DNA of 27,953 nucleotides, from positions 1 through 27,953 of the forward strand of contig JANMKN010000306.1 in the NCBI GenBank assembly GCA_031372065.1, written 5' to 3'. Below are positions 24,977 through 27,953 of this stretch, in pieces; the stretch's first letter is position 1; the number at the start of each line of letters is the position of its first letter. A program made the position numbers and the translations under genes. The notes beneath the pieces were generated by a model. That model saw only the letters and a program-made list of their open reading frames with translations, had not been told where the DNA came from and did no database searches. Origin of the DNA: Abditibacteriaceae bacterium (GTDB taxonomy: Bacteria > Armatimonadota > Abditibacteriia > Abditibacteriales > Abditibacteriaceae).

Positions 24977-27058
24977 ATGCCTCGTATTGCTCGCCTTTTC
25001 GACATTTTTCGGTCTTTGGGAGAGCCGAATCCGGTATTTCGGCGTGAGTTGCGCGCTCGTTGGCGGCGTCCGGTGGCGTTTTTGACGTTGTTTTTCTATG
25101 CGGCGCCGACGGCGCTGATTATGGCGAATCTCTACGAGCAAAGAGCCGGGCACGCCGATTTTGTCAATTTCGCGGAAAGCACACAGGCCTCTGAAATCGG
25201 ACGCGGCCTCTTTTCCGGTTTGCTTTTATTGCAAGCCATCGCCTTGCTCTTGTTTGCCCCGGCGCTTGCGGCGCCGACGGTAGCCGCCGAGCGCGAAAAA
25301 GGCTTATTGGAAGCCTTGCAACTCGCGGAATTACCGGCGCGGCGCGTGGTTTTGGGCAAATGGCTGGCGATTTTGAGTTTTTTAGCGCTGCTTATGTTGG
25401 TGCCGTTGCCTTGCGTCTCGCTTTGCTTTCTCTTCGGCGGCATTTCGCCCTTTGAATTCGTCGTGATGCTGCTTTTGCTTGTTGTCAGCGCGCTCAATTT
25501 GACGGCGTTTGGCTTGTTTTTGTCCAGCCGCAGCCGACGGCCCGCTGTGGCATGGCGCGATGCGTTTGTTTGCGTTGTGGCGTGGTCGGCGTTGACCTTT
25601 CTGTTCTTCGATTCCAGCGGCTACTTCGTTGAGTTTCCACTTTTCGTCCAGCAATTCTTCGCCGTTCTTTCTCTGGCCCATCCTACTACGCCCATTTTAT
25701 TTCGGTTTCCCGTCGAAGGCGCAGCGCCATTTTATTTCCCGATAGATGGTAGCCCTTTGCCGCTGGCGCCGAATGATGTTTTGAGCCTCAATTTTATTTT
25801 GCAAGGCTGCGCCGCGTTGTTGTGGATTGCTTTGGCAATTCGCGCTGCCGCCAAGCCGACCAAAGACCCGCTGTGGTTGGAGCGGCGCCAGTGGATAGAT
25901 AAATTGCGGGCGCGCTGGAAAATTGCACCGCGCCAGCAGCCCACGAATATAAAACAGCGGGCACAACGCGCGTTGGTGGCGGAGATTTCGCTGGTGTCGG
26001 GGCGCAGTTACAACAATCCCGTCTTTGGACGCGAATTGCGAAGTCGCACGCGCTTGCGTAGCGCGCCGTGGTGGATGTGGCTGCTGCGCATTCTGCTGGT
26101 GATGTATCCTGTGCTGCTCGCCATTCAATTGTTCGCCGATGCGCTGGACGGGCCGTATCAACTTGCGACGTGGCAGAAATTCACTTTCAGTGGTTTATTC
26201 TTGTTGATGCTTTACGCCGCTGTCAGCGGAGCGGGCGCGTTCACCCGCGAGCGCGAAGGAGGAACATGGGAGAATCTCAAACTTTCGCTACTCCAACCGG
26301 GAGAAATCGTGCGCGGCAAAGTGACGCCACTTTGCTGCGTGGCGGCGCTGCTTGCGGTGCCCTTATTCGTAGCCCTGTTCTCGTGCCTACGCCCGAACTT
26401 TCACAATTGGGAGTTTTTCGATTTCTCAGCGCCAATGGGCCAAAGCCAGCCAAACGGCGTGCAATTGACGCTGTGGCATTTTACAGCGGCGCTCGGCATC
26501 ATCGCGGGCGCGGTGTTTTTCACGGCCTGCACCGCGCTACTGATTTCATGGTTTAGCCGCCGCACACCCATCGCCATCGGCCTGACACTTCTGGCACTTG
26601 CGTTGCTGTTGGGCGTGTCGTTTGACTCGCCAAACTTTAATCAATCGGATGATTCACGTTATGCCAATCTGCGTCGTGTGGCACTATGGAATCCTGTAGT
26701 CGCACTCACTATTTTGACAGAACATCCGCCGGTGTTGGAGAATTACATGAATTATCCAACTCCAATGCCATATATGTCTCTGCCAACTCTAAGCAAACCT
26801 CCAAAGCCAGCAGAATTGGCGTATCTTCGCCAATACAAAACATGGGTGGCCGATACAGATCGCCGAAACCAACGATACCAAATCGAATATTTAGCAAACG
26901 CCAAGCAAGCCGAGCGCGAACTTGCCAAAAGTCTGATGATTTATCAAGATTTCCTGCGACTCAGCACGTTCTGTCCACTGATGCTGTTCGCCGTCGGCTG
27001 TGGCGAATTGCTGCTCATCTGCGCCCTGATGCGCCAAAAGTTCCGCGACGAAAAGTAA
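24977..27058 (+). CDS. ABC-2-type exporter permease with two fused membrane domains
   Basis: Duplicated NPVF.RELR.R.R and (A/R)ERE.G..E.L.L..L....V.GK motifs; many TM segments. Confidence 0.85.
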   Translation: MPRIARLFDIFRSLGEPNPVFRRELRARWRRPVAFLTLFFYAAPTALIMANLYEQRAGHADFVNFAESTQASEIGRGLFSGLLLLQAIALLLFAPALAAPTVAAEREKGLLEALQLAELPARRVVLGKWLAILSFLALLMLVPLPCVSLCFLFGGISPFEFVVMLLLLVVSALNLTAFGLFLSSRSRRPAVAWRDAFVCVVAWSALTFLFFDSSGYFVEFPLFVQQFFAVLSLAHPTTPILFRFPVEGAAPFYFPIDGSPLPLAPNDVLSLNFILQGCAALLWIALAIRAAAKPTKDPLWLERRQWIDKLRARWKIAPRQQPTNIKQRAQRALVAEISLVSGRSYNNPVFGRELRSRTRLRSAPWWMWLLRILLVMYPVLLAIQLFADALDGPYQLATWQKFTFSGLFLLMLYAAVSGAGAFTREREGGTWENLKLSLLQPGEIVRGKVTPLCCVAALLAVPLFVALFSCLRPNFHNWEFFDFSAPMGQSQPNGVQLTLWHFTAALGIIAGAVFFTACTALLISWFSRRTPIAIGLTLLALALLLGVSFDSPNFNQSDDSRYANLRRVALWNPVVALTILTEHPPVLENYMNYPTPMPYMSLPTLSKPPKPAELAYLRQYKTWVADTDRRNQRYQIEYLANAKQAERELAKSLMIYQDFLRLSTFCPLMLFAVGCGELLLICALMRQKFRDEK

Positions 27059-27079
27059 CGCGAATTTTCCGCACTCGAA

Positions 27080-27913
27080 TCAGCCTTTCATTCCCGTCAT
27101 CGTAATTCCCTTGACAAAACTGCGCTGCGTAAAGAAGAACAAAATAATCAGCGGCACGGTGACGACAGTCGAAACGGCCATCATCGGCCCCCATTGGGCG
27201 CTGTATTGGCTGCGAAACATCGCCAACCCCAAGGACAGCGTATATTTGCGGTCATCAAACAAGTAAATCAGCGGCCCCAGATAATCGTTCCACGCGCCGA
27301 TAAAAGCAAATAAGCCCACTGTCCACAACGCGGGTTTGGCAAGCGGCAAAATAATCAAACGATAGTTGTCCCATTCGCTGGCGCCATCCAAACGCGCCGA
27401 TTCGGTCAGTTCTTTGGGAATCGAGCGAAAAAACTGGCGTAGCAAAAACACATTGAAGGCACCGCCTAAAAAGTGCGGAAAAATCAGCGGCCAATAAGTG
27501 TCGAGCCAGCCCAGCGATTTAAAAATGCTAAAAACCGGCACCATTGTCACTTGCGGCGGCAAAAGCATGGTGCCGACGATGGCATAAAACAACCATTCGC
27601 GCCCGCGCCACGGAATGCGACTGAGGCCGTAAGCCACCATTGACGAGCTTAAAACGGTGCCAATCACGCTAAAAACGCAGATAAACAGCGTGTTGCCCAA
27701 ATACAAGCCAAAGGGAATTTGCGTCAGACCTTCGACATAATTTTCCGTGCGAATCGGGTGCGGAATCCACACCGGCGGAAACGCGAAAATCTGTTTATCG
27801 GGCTTGAGCGACGTGCTGACCAGCCACAAAAACGGCGCGATAAAAAGGCAGCTTAAAATGATAAGCAAAGCATAAACGCCCGCTTTGGTGATGTTCTGAT
27901 AAGGAATGCGCAC
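27080..27913 (-). CDS. Carbohydrate ABC transporter permease (MalG/UgpE family)
   Basis: PFLWLVSTSLK, FLLRQFFRSIPKELTESARLDGAS (EAA loop), AWNDYLGP; GGAGG RBS. Confidence 0.95.
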   Translation of the reverse strand: MRIPYQNITKAGVYALLIILSCLFIAPFLWLVSTSLKPDKQIFAFPPVWIPHPIRTENYVEGLTQIPFGLYLGNTLFICVFSVIGTVLSSSMVAYGLSRIPWRGREWLFYAIVGTMLLPPQVTMVPVFSIFKSLGWLDTYWPLIFPHFLGGAFNVFLLRQFFRSIPKELTESARLDGASEWDNYRLIILPLAKPALWTVGLFAFIGAWNDYLGPLIYLFDDRKYTLSLGLAMFRSQYSAQWGPMMAVSTVVTVPLIILFFFTQRSFVKGITMTGMKG

Positions 27914-27953
27914 CGTTATTCTCCTCCGTAATATACATAACGTGACGAGCCGC

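Noticed and set aside
24763..25047. 94-aa + strand ORF (FVAFQQG repeats)
   Set aside because: Looks like a by-product of the stop-free tandem repeat; no RBS and it overlaps the permease start.
1..27953. tRNA/rRNA genes, IS elements, retron/DGR reverse transcriptase
   Set aside because: No cloverleaf or rRNA-like sequence, transposase, terminal inverted repeats or RT (YxDD-context) motifs were recognised by eye.

Overview
Bacterial chromosomal window with two parts; protein content suggests Abditibacteriota/Armatimonadota, which is an inference. (1) Positions 1-~11467 are the right end of an integrated temperate phage or phage-like element. A leftward early operon (excisionase/Cro-like HTH, sigma70-r4-like HTH, nucleoside 2-deoxyribosyltransferase-like protein, small ORFs) is driven by a perfect TTGACA-17-TATAAT promoter. 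A divergent S24-peptidase repressor with an RHH-like N-terminus heads a co-oriented cargo cassette: basic small protein + PIN toxin, a SNIPE/PD-lambda-1-like TM-DUF4041-GIY-YIG nuclease, small orphans, an uncharacterised DUF4747-like + multi-TM gene pair, a ParB-like protein and a large serine integrase. Just downstream of the integrase is an att-like inverted repeat that truncates an unannotated host gene for a secreted protein. (2) Positions ~11470-27953 are host genes: lemA, a TPM-domain protein, a DUF1080 fusion, two large tandem paralogous secreted carboxypeptidase-regulatory-domain proteins, a DUF5722 glycoside-hydrolase-like protein, a 21-bp repeat array, an ABC-2-type permease and a sugar ABC permease. 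The best novelty candidates are the prophage defence hotspot (especially the 6703-8710 pair) and the integration-disrupted host gene. All family calls come from visual motif recognition; no database searches were run.
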